Below, one piece after another: positions 20,482 to 31,767 of a DNA stretch of 59,322 nucleotides. Source of the stretch: an uncultured Nitrospinota bacterium (GTDB lineage Bacteria > Nitrospinota > Nitrospinia > Nitrospinales > VA-1); NCBI GenBank assembly GCA_905612265.1, contig CAJQRI010000015.1, positions 1 to 59,322 of the forward strand, read 5' to 3'. The translations under genes and the position numbers were made by a program. Each line of letters begins with the position of its first letter. Within the stretch, counting starts at the first letter, position 1. The notes beneath the pieces are model-generated. The model searched no databases, was not told the origin of the DNA, and was given only the letters and a program-made list of their open reading frames with translations.

Positions 20482-21312
20482 TTATTTTCTCTTCTTGCGG
20501 CTGAGAATAAATTTATTAGATAACTTGTTAACATTGCGGGTTTTCAACCCTTTTGCGCTTTGCCCCCAAGGACTACAAGGATGTCGTCCGCCAGAAGACC
20601 GACCTTCACCACCACCCATAGGATGATCAACCGGGTTCATTGCCACGGCGCGAACACGAGGCCGACGACCCATCCACCTAACACGCCCAGCCTTACCAAT
20701 GGAAATATTTTCATGATCTGCATTACCCACTGTGCCAATCGTTGCCCTGCAGTTTTTATGAATCAACCGAACTTCTCCAGACTTAAGTTTGAGGTTCACA
20801 TACTCGCCCTCTTTAGCCATCAGTTGGACACTACCGCCAGCACTGCGGGCAATCTGCGCACCTTTACCGGGCCGCATTTCTACATTATGAATCAAGGTTC
20901 CCTCGGGAATATCATTTAGAGGAAGACAATTACCAATTTTAATATCGGCCTTTTCACCCGACATTAACACATCACCCACATTCAACTTGGCAGGAGAAAT
21001 AATATATCGTTTCTCACCATCAGAATAAGACAAAAGGGCAATGCGCGCACTACGATTTGGATCGTATTCAATACCGACTACTTTCGCCGGAATGTCATCC
21101 TTCTGCCGCTTAAAATCTATAATACGGTATTGCTTCCTATGACCGCCACCTCGCCGCTTCGCAGTGATACGACCATGGTTATTACGCCCGCCTTTTCTTG
21201 CAATTGCGACGAGAAGACTTTTTTCAGGATCCGATTTTGTAATTTCATCGAACCCAGAAATAGTCTGGAACCTTACACCGGGTGACCTTGGTTTTAGTTT
21301 CCTAATAGACAT
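20482..21312 (-). CDS. rplB: 50S ribosomal protein L2
   Basis: 276 aa: [27 protein letters not shown]...[26 protein letters not shown]. Confidence 0.98.
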   Translation of the reverse strand: MSIRKLKPRSPGVRFQTISGFDEITKSDPEKSLLVAIARKGGRNNHGRITAKRRGGGHRKQYRIIDFKRQKDDIPAKVVGIEYDPNRSARIALLSYSDGEKRYIISPAKLNVGDVLMSGEKADIKIGNCLPLNDIPEGTLIHNVEMRPGKGAQIARSAGGSVQLMAKEGEYVNLKLKSGEVRLIHKNCRATIGTVGNADHENISIGKAGRVRWMGRRPRVRAVAMNPVDHPMGGGEGRSSGGRHPCSPWGQSAKGLKTRNVNKLSNKFILSRKKRK

Positions 21313-21318
21313 TACTAC

Positions 21319-21606
21319 TTATACTCCCTCAAAAATTTCAATCTTTTCGCCTTCTTTTAATTGAACCATAGCTTTTTTCCACGTTTTCGACTGCCCAATT
21401 GTTTTACCAAATCGCTTGCTCTTACCTTGCACAACCTGGGTATTAACGTGAAGGACTTTTACATCAAAAATTTTCTGAACGGCCTCCCTAATTTGTATCT
21501 TATTAGAACCCGGGTGAACCCGAAAAACCACCCAGTTACCATTCGCAAGCATGCCAGCACCTTTTTCCGTAACCAGAGGTTTTTCTATGATTTTATACAT
21601 ATTCAT
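21319..21606 (-). CDS. rplW: 50S ribosomal protein L23
   Basis: 95 aa: IIEKPLVTEKG...FRVHPGSNKIQIREAVQKIFDVKV. Its start overlaps the rplD stop by 1 nt. Confidence 0.97.
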   Translation of the reverse strand: MNMYKIIEKPLVTEKGAGMLANGNWVVFRVHPGSNKIQIREAVQKIFDVKVLHVNTQVVQGKSKRFGKTIGQSKTWKKAMVQLKEGEKIEIFEGV

Positions 21607-22232
21607 TAGTTTAACCGCTCCTCAATCTTTTTAAGCGCTTCGGGAGTACAAACTATTCGATCATGCGACAACAGGTCGAAAACATTTAGACCGTCAACCA
21701 AAAGCACATCTGCTTGAGGTAAATTACGAACCGCCAACTGCAGATTATTATTTTTTTCTGCTACGAGAAATAGGGTTTTTGCAGGAAGACTCATACTCGC
21801 CAGCAAAGCCACCGCATCTTTAGTCTTAGGGTTTTCAAGATTCAGCGCATCAACCACCGTAAACATTTTTTCATTCACTCTATCTGCCAAAACTGACCTT
21901 ATTGCAAGTTTTTTCGATTTTTTAGAAAGATTGAATGCATAACTTCTCGGAGTAGGCCCAAAAACTGTCAAACCACCTCGCCAGATCGGAGACCGAGTGT
22001 TTCCCGCACGAGCTCGACCCGTACCCTTCTGCCTCCAGGGCTTGGCGTTACTTCCATGCAAGTCACCTTTATTCTGAACGGTCGCAGCGTTTCCACCTCG
22101 TCGGGCCGCCAACTGCATGGTCACATACCTCTGAACCAATTCTTCGTTGACCTTACCCTCAAAGACACTTGCAAGAGCTTCTACGGTTCCAATTTTTTTA
22201 TTTTTATTATCTACTATATCTAGTGCCGGCAT
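21606..22232 (-). CDS. rplD: 50S ribosomal protein L4
   Basis: 208 aa: PWRQKGTGRARAGNTRSPIWRGGLTVFGP. Confidence 0.98.
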   Translation of the reverse strand: MPALDIVDNKNKKIGTVEALASVFEGKVNEELVQRYVTMQLAARRGGNAATVQNKGDLHGSNAKPWRQKGTGRARAGNTRSPIWRGGLTVFGPTPRSYAFNLSKKSKKLAIRSVLADRVNEKMFTVVDALNLENPKTKDAVALLASMSLPAKTLFLVAEKNNNLQLAVRNLPQADVLLVDGLNVFDLLSHDRIVCTPEALKKIEERLN

Positions 22233-22249
22233 AACCGATAACTCTTTTC

Positions 22250-22870
22250 TTATTTTTTAGTTATATTGACGATTCCGCCATTGGCTCCAGGGACCGCCCC
22301 CTTGACCATTAATAAATTATTTTCAACATCCACTCGCATCACCTTAAGGTTCCTCACACGGACATTATTACCGCCCATCCGACCCGGCATGCCCGTCCCC
22401 TTAAACACTCGCCCAGGATACGTATGCATTCCTATTGAGCCCGTTCCGCGATAACTTTCATGATGACCATGAGAAGCAGGAGCCCCTCCGTAGTTGAACC
22501 GCTTAAAAACACCGGCAAATCCTCGGCCTTTAGAGACACCTACCACCGACACACTATCGCCTTCACTGAAAACATCCACCTTAAGCGGCTTGCCCATAGC
22601 TTCATTATCAACATCTTGACCTCGGAATTCCTGAAGAATTCTTGCAGGTTCCGCTTTAACTTTGTCATAAAAACCCTGCAAGGGCTTATTAGTATGTTTT
22701 GGCTTACGCGTACCATACGCCAGCATCAGAGCCATATATCCATCTTTTTTTTCAGTTCGCTTCAATACCGGAACACAACGCTCTACATGAATAACAGTGA
22801 CCGGGACACAGTCCCCATTATCTGCAAACACCTCTGTCATTCCAATTTTTTTTCCAATTAATGCACTCAT
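22250..22870 (-). CDS. rplC: 50S ribosomal protein L3
   Basis: 206 aa: LIGKKIGMTEVF...SKGRGFAGVFKRFNYGGAPASHG. Confidence 0.98.
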   Translation of the reverse strand: MSALIGKKIGMTEVFADNGDCVPVTVIHVERCVPVLKRTEKKDGYMALMLAYGTRKPKHTNKPLQGFYDKVKAEPARILQEFRGQDVDNEAMGKPLKVDVFSEGDSVSVVGVSKGRGFAGVFKRFNYGGAPASHGHHESYRGTGSIGMHTYPGRVFKGTGMPGRMGGNNVRVRNLKVMRVDVENNLLMVKGAVPGANGGIVNITKK

Positions 22871-22882
22871 ATTTTCTCTATG

Positions 22883-23191
22883 TTAAAGCTTAATCTCAAT
22901 ATCAACACCACCCGAAAGATCGAGCTTCATCAGCGCATCTACGGTTTGAGGGGTTGGCTCAAGAATCTCAAGAATACGTTTATGCGTTCGAATCTCAAAT
23001 TGCTCTCGGGATTTTTTATCCACATGAGGTGATCGCAAAACAGTCCATTTATTTTTAATTGTTGGCAAAGGAATCGGACCCACCACTTTTGCGCCAGTGC
23101 GCCGAGTGGTTTCCACAATTTCCCCTACTGACCAATCTAACAACTTATGATCGTATGCCTTTAGCCGAATTTTTATTTTTTGGTCGCTCAT
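22883..23191 (-). CDS. rpsJ: 30S ribosomal protein S10
   Basis: 102 aa: [15 protein letters not shown]...GPIPLPT...[23 protein letters not shown]. Its ATG shares one base with the tuf stop codon (TAATG). Confidence 0.98.
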   Translation of the reverse strand: MSDQKIKIRLKAYDHKLLDWSVGEIVETTRRTGAKVVGPIPLPTIKNKWTVLRSPHVDKKSREQFEIRTHKRILEILEPTPQTVDALMKLDLSGGVDIEIKL

Positions 23192-24381
23192 TATTCGATG
23201 ATCTCACCAACTACTCCGGCTCCCACCGTACGGCCACCTTCGCGGATGGCGAATTTAAGGCCCTTATCCATCGCAACAGCCGTTATAAGCGTAATTTCCA
23301 TTGCAACATTATCCCCCGGCATTACCATCTCAACACCCGCCGGCAACGTTGCAACACCCGTTACATCCGTCGTCCTAAAATAAAATTGGGGACGATAACC
23401 GTTAAAGAAAGGAGTATGTCTTCCACCCTCCTCCTTAGTCAGAATATATACCTCTGCCTTAAATTTTGTATGCGGAGTTATAGAACCAGGCTTAGAAAGG
23501 ACTTGACCTCGCTCAATCTCCTCACGCTTGGTTCCACGAAGTAGAATTCCAACATTTTCACCGGCACGCCCCTCATCCAGAAGTTTACGAAACATCTCAA
23601 CACCAGTACACGTTGTCTTCATTGTTTCCTTAAATCCAACAATTTCAATTTCTTCACCAACCTTTACAACACCAGTCTCAATTCGTCCGGTTGCAACCGT
23701 TCCACGACCTGAAATACTGAAAATATCTTCAATTGGCATCAAAAAAGGCTTATCAACTGGACGATCTGGTACCGGGAAATATGTATCTAGCGCTTCCATC
23801 AACTCCCAGATACACTTATTTTTCTCTTCATCATCAGGATTCTCCAGTGCCTGTAGAGCACTTCCGCGGATAACCGGAACGTCATCCCCAGGAAAATCAT
23901 ACTTACACAGTAACTCACGCACTTCCATCTCAACCAGGTCAAGTAGCTCAGGATCATCAACCATGTCACACTTATTCATGAATACGCAGAGCTTAGGAAC
24001 GCCAACTTGACGAGCCAAAAGAATGTGCTCACGAGTTTGCGGCATTGGACCATCATTAGCTGAGATCACAAGAACCCCTCCGTCCATTTGCGCTGCACCG
24101 GTGATCATATTCTTAACATAGTCAGCATGACCAGGACAGTCAACATGCGCGTAATGCCTATTTTCAGTATTGTATTCAATATGAGCAATAGCTATGGTGA
24201 TTCCTCGCTCTTTCTCTTCCGGAGCTTTGTCAATTTGATCAAAGGCAACTGTCTCAGCTAAACCCTTTTTAGAGAGAACCTCTGAAATTGCCGCCGTAAG
24301 AGTCGTCTTACCATGATCAACATGACCAATTGTACCAACGTTGATGTGAGGTTTATCTCGTACAAATTTTTCTTTAGCCAT
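23191..24381 (-). CDS. tuf: Elongation factor Tu
   Basis: 396 aa: [44 protein letters not shown]. This is the only tuf copy in the window. Confidence 0.99.
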   Translation of the reverse strand: MAKEKFVRDKPHINVGTIGHVDHGKTTLTAAISEVLSKKGLAETVAFDQIDKAPEEKERGITIAIAHIEYNTENRHYAHVDCPGHADYVKNMITGAAQMDGGVLVISANDGPMPQTREHILLARQVGVPKLCVFMNKCDMVDDPELLDLVEMEVRELLCKYDFPGDDVPVIRGSALQALENPDDEEKNKCIWELMEALDTYFPVPDRPVDKPFLMPIEDIFSISGRGTVATGRIETGVVKVGEEIEIVGFKETMKTTCTGVEMFRKLLDEGRAGENVGILLRGTKREEIERGQVLSKPGSITPHTKFKAEVYILTKEEGGRHTPFFNGYRPQFYFRTTDVTGVATLPAGVEMVMPGDNVAMEITLITAVAMDKGLKFAIREGGRTVGAGVVGEIIE

Positions 24382-24418
24382 GCTGATTCACTCCAATAGT
24401 ATTTTCAGATAATTTTTA

Positions 24419-26521
24419 TTAGACGCTTAATTTGCTTTTAGACCCGGTTGCCTTAGCCATCAAATCCTCGGCAATCGCGGCGGGAACACCGTCATACTTG
24501 GAAAACTCCATAGAATAATTCGCGCGCCCCTGAGTAGCCGACCGAAGATCGGTGGAATAACCAAACATTCCAGAAAGAGGAACTTCAGCTCGAATCACCT
24601 TAGCACCGGCACGATCCGCAAGATCCTTGATTTTACCGCGCTTAGAGTTCAGTTTACCAATAACATCGCCCATAAAATCTTCGGGCGTAACGACCTCCAC
24701 CTCCATAACCGGCTCCAGCAATTGAGGAGATCCTAACTTACAAGCATCACGAAAAGCCATAGACGCGCAAATTTTAAATGACATCTCAGAAGAGTCAACA
24801 TCATGATACGACCCGTCCAGCAAAGTCACCGAAACATCTACCGTAGGATAACCACACATAATGCCCCTGGCCATTGCCTCCAGGACTCCCTTTTGAACAG
24901 CAGGAATAAATTCACGAGGAATAGAACCCCCGACAACCTTATTAACAAACTCAAAACCCGCCCCCGCCTCTCTTGGATCAACCCTGATCACAACATGACC
25001 ATATTGACCGCGACCACCGCTCTGCTTTATATATTTATGCTCGTGCTCAACTGACTTAGTGATAGTTTCCTTGTAGGCAACCTGAGGTTTGGACACATCA
25101 ACGTCTAGAGTAAATTCACGACGCATCCGATCAACTAGGATCTCAAGATGCAATTCACCCATCCCTGAAATAACAGTCTGATTTGTATCTTTATCAACCT
25201 TAACCTTAAAGGTAGGGTCCTCCTGAAGGAGCTTAACGAGACAATCCGAAAGTTTATCCGACTCAGCTTTTGTTCTAGGCTCAATAGCTACAGAAATAAC
25301 AGGCTCCGGAAAATTGATCGACTCAAGAACAATCGGGTTATCCTGATCACAAAGCGTGTCACCAGTATAAGTTTTCTTCAACCCAACCACTGCGGCAATG
25401 TCACCCGCCTGAACAGAGTCAACCTCTTCTCTTTTATTCGCATGCATCCTCAAAATTCGGCCTACACGCTCTCTCTGATTTTTCGTTGAATTATATATAT
25501 AGGACCCACTGGTCAACTTTCCGGAATAAACACGGACAAATACCAACTGGCCCACAAAAGGATCAGTCATGATCTTAAAAGCTATAGCTGACAGATGGTC
25601 AGAGGAATCCAATTCACGGGACTCTTCCTTACGAGTATCCGGATTAGTACCAGTAATAGATTTAAGTTCCCGCGGGGAAGGGAGATAGAGAACGACAGCA
25701 TCCAAAAGTTGCTGCACACCTTTATTTTTGAAAGCGGCGCCACATAAAATTGGCGTGAATATATTTTCAAGAGTTCCTTTTCTCAAGGCCGCAATAATTT
25801 CTTCTCGGGATATCTCTTCTGCGCCGAGAAATTTTTCCATTAGCCCATCATCAGCATCTGAAGCAGATTCGATCAGCCTCTCCCTATACTCCCTAGCCTG
25901 ATCCTTATACTCCGCCGGAATATCCACCACATCAAAAGTCTCACCTTTATCTTTTTCGTCTGAATACACATTCGCCTTCATGTCAATCAAGTCAATCACG
26001 CCAAGAAAACCCGCCTCAGCACCAAGAGGGATTTGGATAGCAACAGGGTGCGCTCCCAACTTATCAACCATCTGAGCAACGCAACCAACAAAATTCGCGC
26101 CAGCACGATCCATTTTATTAACAAAACAAATCCTAGGGACCTTATACTTACTAGCTTGACGCCAAACAGTTTCAGACTGAGGCTCTACACCACTAACAGC
26201 ATCGAAAACACCAACCGCACCATCGAGAACCCTTAAAGACCTTTCCACTTCAGCGGTAAAATCCACATGACCGGGAGTATCAATTATATTGACCTGATGG
26301 TCCTGCCAGAAACAAGTTGTAGCTGCAGAGGTGATAGTGATTCCACGCTCTTGCTCCTGCTCCATCCAGTCCATCGTCGCATTACCGTCATGCACTTCAC
26401 CAATTTTATGACTCTTACCCGTATAATAAAGAATACGCTCAGTCGTCGTTGTCTTACCAGCATCGATGTGAGCGATGATTCCTATATTCCGAGTTTTTTC
26501 AGGCTGTAGCTTCTTACTCAT
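24419..26521 (-). CDS. fusA: Elongation factor G
   Basis: 700 aa: [39 protein letters not shown] and a complete C-terminal domain IV/V. Confidence 0.99.
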   Translation of the reverse strand: MSKKLQPEKTRNIGIIAHIDAGKTTTTERILYYTGKSHKIGEVHDGNATMDWMEQEQERGITITSAATTCFWQDHQVNIIDTPGHVDFTAEVERSLRVLDGAVGVFDAVSGVEPQSETVWRQASKYKVPRICFVNKMDRAGANFVGCVAQMVDKLGAHPVAIQIPLGAEAGFLGVIDLIDMKANVYSDEKDKGETFDVVDIPAEYKDQAREYRERLIESASDADDGLMEKFLGAEEISREEIIAALRKGTLENIFTPILCGAAFKNKGVQQLLDAVVLYLPSPRELKSITGTNPDTRKEESRELDSSDHLSAIAFKIMTDPFVGQLVFVRVYSGKLTSGSYIYNSTKNQRERVGRILRMHANKREEVDSVQAGDIAAVVGLKKTYTGDTLCDQDNPIVLESINFPEPVISVAIEPRTKAESDKLSDCLVKLLQEDPTFKVKVDKDTNQTVISGMGELHLEILVDRMRREFTLDVDVSKPQVAYKETITKSVEHEHKYIKQSGGRGQYGHVVIRVDPREAGAGFEFVNKVVGGSIPREFIPAVQKGVLEAMARGIMCGYPTVDVSVTLLDGSYHDVDSSEMSFKICASMAFRDACKLGSPQLLEPVMEVEVVTPEDFMGDVIGKLNSKRGKIKDLADRAGAKVIRAEVPLSGMFGYSTDLRSATQGRANYSMEFSKYDGVPAAIAEDLMAKATGSKSKLSV

Positions 26522-26540
26522 TTAAGCAATTTATCTCCGA

Positions 26541-27011
26541 TTACCAACGGTAATGAGCAAAGGCTTTATTCGCCTCCGCCATACGATGTACTTCTTCTTT
26601 TTTCTTAACAGCTCCACCAGAATTCCCAAACGCATCCATTATTTCGCTTGTCAATTTTTCAGCCATTGATCTACCGGCACGTGACTTTGCATTCTGGATC
26701 ATCCATCTAATACTGAGAGCCTGCCTGCGACTCTCCTTAACCTCAACGGGCACCTGGTAAGTGGCACCACCAACTCTTCGGGACCGAACCTCCAACATAG
26801 GAGCAGCATTCTCCACTGCCTTGCGAAAAACCCGCAAAGGCTCCTCATTGCTCTTCTCGGCAACAGCTTCCAGCGCTGTATAAAGAATGCTTTCCGCCTT
26901 CCCCTTCTCACCCTTACGCAAAATGCAATTGATGAAGCGAGCAACCAACAGGTCATTATATTTAGGATCAGGTGTAATTTTTCTTTTTTGAGCTTCTCTT
27001 CGTCTTGCCAT
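26541..27011 (-). CDS. rpsG: 30S ribosomal protein S7
   Basis: 156 aa: MARRREAQKRKITPDPKYND...RVGGATYQVPVEV...ANKAFAHYRW. Confidence 0.98.
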   Translation of the reverse strand: MARRREAQKRKITPDPKYNDLLVARFINCILRKGEKGKAESILYTALEAVAEKSNEEPLRVFRKAVENAAPMLEVRSRRVGGATYQVPVEVKESRRQALSIRWMIQNAKSRAGRSMAEKLTSEIMDAFGNSGGAVKKKEEVHRMAEANKAFAHYRW

Positions 27012-27026
27012 AGTAGTTATCTAATA

Positions 27027-27401
27027 TTATTTTTTAGGTTTTTTCGTGCCATACTTGGACCGGCTCTGCATCCGATTTTCCACTCCAAGCGTATCCAAAC
27101 TTCCCCGGACCACATGATATCGAACCCCAGGCAAATCTTTGATTCGACCACCACGGATCATCACAATAGAATGCTCTTGCAGGTTATGACCTACACCCGG
27201 AATATAAGTTGTCACCTCCATCCCGTTTGTCAGCCTCACCCTAGCCACCTTTCGGAGAGCTGAGTTAGGTTTTTTTGGCGTTGAGGTATAAACCCGCACA
27301 CAAACTCCTCGCTTTTGCGGGCACGACTTCAAAGCCGGACTATCACTTTTAACGACTGGCTTTTTCCGGCCGGTTTTTACTAATTGATTGATCGTAGGCA
27401 A
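27027..27401 (-). CDS. rpsL: 30S ribosomal protein S12
   Basis: The ORF-track start at 27446 adds 15 non-conserved residues. A TTG at 27401 gives the canonical (M)[13 protein letters not shown] and is preceded by GGGAGG 8 nt upstream. Confidence 0.92.
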   Translation of the reverse strand: MPTINQLVKTGRKKPVVKSDSPALKSCPQKRGVCVRVYTSTPKKPNSALRKVARVRLTNGMEVTTYIPGVGHNLQEHSIVMIRGGRIKDLPGVRYHVVRGSLDTLGVENRMQSRSKYGTKKPKK

Positions 27402-27514
27402 AAAATAGACCTCCCTAAAAGATAACCCACACGTAAGGGCTATCAAATAAAACTGAGAATACCCAATAAAAACAAAGGGTTATATCAGGCAAATGTAGGC
27501 GTGAAAAAGTTGTA

Positions 27515-27542
27515 ATAGTATCACTAAATCTTACTTAGTCAA
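27515..27542 (-). promoter_or_regulatory. Candidate sigma70 promoter for the rpsL-rpsG-fusA-tuf unit
   Basis: The minus strand reads TTGACT, a 16-nt spacer, then TACTAT, about 110 nt upstream of the rpsL start. Just upstream (27549-27569) a weak AGGG-AAAG-CCCT hairpin plus TATTTTT follows the rpoC stop and may act as a partial terminator. Confidence 0.4.
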
Positions 27543-27569
27543 GCGAAAAATAAGGGCTTTCCCTGTTTT

Positions 27570-30500
27570 TTATTCCGCCGCAACAGGGGCTTGCTCTTCA
27601 TTCAGCTCAACCTCTTCAGTTTCAGGTGTTTCAATACGAATTCCGCTATATGCTCGACACCCTGTACCTGCCGGTATCAGCCTTCCCATAGTAACATTTT
27701 CTTTTAATCCGACCAGATTATCCCTCTTGCCACTCACACTCACCTCTGTGAGAACACGGGTGGTTTCCTGGAAGGACGCCGCTGAAATAAAACTTTCTGT
27801 GCTGAGCGACGATTTGGTTATTCCTAGAAGTACTGCGGCACCTTTAGCAGGTTTTTTCTTATTTTTAATTACTTCCTGATTGGCTAGGTTAAAAACTTTT
27901 TTCGTCACCTGCTCTCCAACCAGAAATTCTGTATCGCCGGAATCTTCAATGACTAAATGCCGGAGCATTTGCCGAACGATAACCTCAATATGCTTATCAT
28001 TGATCTGTACGCCTTGTAGGCGATAGACCTCCTGAACTTCATTCACCAGGTATTTTTGCAATTCATCTTCTCCCAGTACCCGCAAAATATCATGCGGATT
28101 GGAAGCACCATCCATCAACGGCTCACCAGCAATCACTTCATCACCCTCATGAACATTGATATGCTTACCACGCGGAATCAGGTATTCGCATTCGTCGCCA
28201 GATTGACTCTCGACTATTATCTTGCGCATACCCTTGACGAACCCACCAAACTTCACCGTTCCAGAAATTTCCGTGATCGTCGCCTGCTCATGAGGCTTGC
28301 GAGCTTCGAAAAGCTCTGCCACACGCGGAAGACCACCTGTAATGTCTTTGGTTTTAGCTGATTCGCGAGGAATCTTAACAATCAAGTCTCCAGCGCTGAC
28401 AACATCACCCTCGTTTACATTTATGTTTGCCCCTGCAGGAAGAATATAGCGACGTATTGTTTCTCCCTTCTCATCCTTAAGCGATATTCTTGGTTGTTTT
28501 TTCTCGTCACGGTGACTGATGATAACCTTGGTGGAGAGACCTGTGATTTCATCAAAGTCCTCCTTCATGGTTATACCTTCGTTAATATCACCATAAGCTA
28601 TGGTCCCGGAAACTTCTGTCAAAATCGCATTTGTATATGGGTCCCACTCAACTAGGGTTTGTCCTTCTTGCGTCTCCTGCCCATCACTTACCTTGAGCTT
28701 TGCTCCGTATACTACCGAGTACCGTTCTTTTTCACGACCCGTCTCATCTTGAATCAAAAGACTCCCGTTACGGTTCATAACAATGATTTCTCCGTTACGG
28801 TTTTTGAGGGTACGCAGACCTAGATATTTAACCAAACCTCCTCGTTTTGTTTTCAAAGTCGTTTGCTCGACCACCCTACTCGCCGTTCCACCAATATGGA
28901 AAGTTCTCATGGTAAGCTGAGTTCCCGGCTCACCAATAGACTGCGCCGCGATAACACCCACCGGTTCGCCCACTTCCACCCATTGCAGAGTAGCCATATT
29001 ACGCCCGTAACACTTAATGCAAACTCCCTGCTTTGACTCACAAGTTAGACAAGATCGCATATTAATTTTTTCGATACCAGCATTCTCAATAGCCTCTACG
29101 GTTTCTTCTATAATTAGACTATCGGCTTCGGCCAGGACTTCTCCCGTAAAAGGATCAACGACATCCTCAAGAACAGTCCGCCCCAAAATTCTTTCGCCTA
29201 AAGGCTGAATTATTTCTCCAGCTTCCACCAGTGAAATCGCATCAATACCCCTCAATGTTCCACAGTCCTCTTCCTGAACTATCATATCCTGCGCCACATC
29301 CACCAGGCGTCTGGTTAGATATCCCGAGTTAGCTGTTTTAAGAGCGGTATCCGCCAAACCCTTACGGGCTCCATGCGTAGAAATGAAGTATTGAATAACT
29401 GACAGTCCTTCACGAAAGTTAGCGGTGATAGGCGTTTCGATGATTTCTCCCGATGGTTTCGCCATCAAGCCACGCATTCCAGCCAATTGCCGCAACTGTT
29501 GCGCGCTTCCTCGAGCTCCCGAATCCGCCATGATGTAGATCGAGTTAAAATCCTTATTGGTTTTACCATTAACAGTCGACTCGTCTTCAGCCTCCAGCTC
29601 TTTAAACATTTCTTCGGATACTTTTTCCGTGACGTGAGCCCAGATATCAATAACCTTATTGTATCTTTCACCATTAGTGATGAGCCCATCTCGATATTGC
29701 TTATGTACTTTAAGGACCTCTTCATTTGTTTTATTTACCAAATGGTCTTTAGTTTTCGGTATTCGCATCTGGTCAATTGAAACTGTCAGTCCTGCCTCAG
29801 TGGCGTATTTGAACCCTAATTCCTTAACATTATCCAACATAGCCACGGTTTTCTCCCTTCCCACTATAAGGAATGACTTAGAGAAAAGATCAGACAGAGA
29901 TTTTTTATCCATTAGTCGGTTCGCATATTCGAACGACAGTCCTTCTGGAAGCGCCTCACCGAGAACAACTCGCCCTGTTGTGGTCTTGGTTAACGCGCCT
30001 TCAATGCGAACCATAATTTGCGCCTGCAAATCTAGCTCATCCGCATTGTAGGCTGCAATCACTTCTTTTTGATCTGAAAAAACTTTATCCGACCCTTGAA
30101 CATTACCGCGAATCTTGGTCATGTAATAACAACCCAAAACAATGTCCTGGGTTGGAACGGCAATTGGTTTTCCGTTTGAAGGAGACAAAATATTATTGGA
30201 AGACATCATCAATAATTTACATTCAGTTCTAGCTTCCATCGAAAGCGGAACATGAACAGCCATTTGATCACCATCAAAGTCGGCGTTGAAAGCGGTACAC
30301 ACCATTGGATGAACCTCGATAGCCTTCCCCTCAATCAACAAAGGCTCAAATGCCTGAATACCCAATCGATGAAGTGTTGGCGCCCTGTTAAGAAGAATCG
30401 GATGACCTTTTACCACTTCCTCCAAAACTTCCCAAACTTCAGCACGTTCTTGCTCGACCATTTTTTTAGCGGTCTTGATAGTAGCCGCATATCCCTTTTC

Positions 30501-31655
30501 TTCCAGCCTATTGAACACGAAGGGCTTGAACAATTCTAACGCCATCTTCTTAGGCAATCCACACTGATGGAATTTTAAATACGGTCCAACAACGATAACG
30601 GATCGACCAGAATAATCCACACGCTTACCCAACAGGTTTTGACGGAATCTACCCTGCTTACCCTTAAGCATGTCACTTAAAGATTTCAAAGGACGCTTAT
30701 TGGTTCCACGCAGGGTACGACCTCTACGTCCGTTATCGAACAGAGCCGAAACTGCCTCCTGCAACATTCTTTTTTCGTTACGGATAATAATCTGTGGAGC
30801 CTTCAACTCTTGCAATCGTTTCAACCTGTTATTTCGGTTAATTACCCGCCGGTAAAGATCATTCAGGTCAGACGTAGCAAACCGACCACCATCCAAAGGA
30901 ACCAGAGGACGTAATTCCGGCGGAATAACGGGAATGACCTCAAGGATCATCCATTCCGGCTTATTACCTGATTTACGAAACGCCTCTACAATTTTCAGCC
31001 GCTTGGCAATTTTTCTTCGATTCATCACCGACTTGGTGGTGATCATCTCTTCTTTTAGATCCACCGCAAGTGTATCCATATTCATCGGTCTGAGCAGCTC
31101 TGCTACACCCTCAGCACCAATCATTGCGCGAAAAGTATCGGGAAACTCCATCTCCATCTCCCGGTATTCCTCTTCGGATAAAATTTGACCCGTTTCCATA
31201 TCCGAATCACCAGGATCGGTCACAACATAATTTTCAAAATAAATAATTCGTTCAAGGTCCTTCAAGGGAATATCTAATAAATGCCCAAGACGACTAGGCA
31301 GACCCTTGAAATACCAGATGTGAGCAACCGGGCTAGCGAGCTCAATATGGCCTAGGCGTTCGCGGCGAACTTTTGAGAGAATAATCTCAACACCACATTT
31401 TTCACAAACGACACCCTTATGCTTCATTCTTTTATATTTACCGCAGGTACACTCCCAGTCCTTGACCGGCCCAAAAATTTTAGCACAAAACAACCCATCT
31501 CTTTCCGGCTTAAAAGTTCGGTAATTGATGGTTTCGGGTTTCTTTACCTCACCGTAAGACCAAGAACGGATTTTTTCCGGGGACGCAATCCGTACTCGGA
31601 GAGCATCAAACATGATCGGATTTTTTGGTTTATCGAAATATGTCAGACTATCCAC
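27570..31655 (-). CDS. rpoC: DNA-directed RNA polymerase subunit beta-prime
   Basis: 1361 aa with a GTG start. It has the Zn finger [20 protein letters not shown], the catalytic [12 protein letters not shown], and the bridge-helix and trigger-loop regions. Confidence 0.99.
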   Translation of the reverse strand: MDSLTYFDKPKNPIMFDALRVRIASPEKIRSWSYGEVKKPETINYRTFKPERDGLFCAKIFGPVKDWECTCGKYKRMKHKGVVCEKCGVEIILSKVRRERLGHIELASPVAHIWYFKGLPSRLGHLLDIPLKDLERIIYFENYVVTDPGDSDMETGQILSEEEYREMEMEFPDTFRAMIGAEGVAELLRPMNMDTLAVDLKEEMITTKSVMNRRKIAKRLKIVEAFRKSGNKPEWMILEVIPVIPPELRPLVPLDGGRFATSDLNDLYRRVINRNNRLKRLQELKAPQIIIRNEKRMLQEAVSALFDNGRRGRTLRGTNKRPLKSLSDMLKGKQGRFRQNLLGKRVDYSGRSVIVVGPYLKFHQCGLPKKMALELFKPFVFNRLEEKGYAATIKTAKKMVEQERAEVWEVLEEVVKGHPILLNRAPTLHRLGIQAFEPLLIEGKAIEVHPMVCTAFNADFDGDQMAVHVPLSMEARTECKLLMMSSNNILSPSNGKPIAVPTQDIVLGCYYMTKIRGNVQGSDKVFSDQKEVIAAYNADELDLQAQIMVRIEGALTKTTTGRVVLGEALPEGLSFEYANRLMDKKSLSDLFSKSFLIVGREKTVAMLDNVKELGFKYATEAGLTVSIDQMRIPKTKDHLVNKTNEEVLKVHKQYRDGLITNGERYNKVIDIWAHVTEKVSEEMFKELEAEDESTVNGKTNKDFNSIYIMADSGARGSAQQLRQLAGMRGLMAKPSGEIIETPITANFREGLSVIQYFISTHGARKGLADTALKTANSGYLTRRLVDVAQDMIVQEEDCGTLRGIDAISLVEAGEIIQPLGERILGRTVLEDVVDPFTGEVLAEADSLIIEETVEAIENAGIEKINMRSCLTCESKQGVCIKCYGRNMATLQWVEVGEPVGVIAAQSIGEPGTQLTMRTFHIGGTASRVVEQTTLKTKRGGLVKYLGLRTLKNRNGEIIVMNRNGSLLIQDETGREKERYSVVYGAKLKVSDGQETQEGQTLVEWDPYTNAILTEVSGTIAYGDINEGITMKEDFDEITGLSTKVIISHRDEKKQPRISLKDEKGETIRRYILPAGANINVNEGDVVSAGDLIVKIPRESAKTKDITGGLPRVAELFEARKPHEQATITEISGTVKFGGFVKGMRKIIVESQSGDECEYLIPRGKHINVHEGDEVIAGEPLMDGASNPHDILRVLGEDELQKYLVNEVQEVYRLQGVQINDKHIEVIVRQMLRHLVIEDSGDTEFLVGEQVTKKVFNLANQEVIKNKKKPAKGAAVLLGITKSSLSTESFISAASFQETTRVLTEVSVSGKRDNLVGLKENVTMGRLIPAGTGCRAYSGIRIETPETEEVELNEEQAPVAAE

Positions 31656-31767
31656 CAGGGACTTCTCCTTTTTAAGGTTTTCGCAAACCGCTAAAATTTT
31701 CTTTGTATGATAAACACTTGCTGAGTTTATGCTCGGGGGCTTTAAAAACTACGCTAGGAAATTTCCA

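Noticed and set aside
20041-24010. Long plus-strand ORFs antisense to ribosomal genes and tuf (for example 20041-20523, 23059-23544, 23528-24010). Similar ORFs lie at 11584-12048, 36106-36459 and 38452-39108, and many lie inside rpoB and rpoC.
   Set aside because: All sit opposite highly conserved minus-strand genes. Their composition is low-complexity Ser/Pro/Thr/Arg-rich, typical of antisense frames. They show no SD sites and no recognisable motifs.
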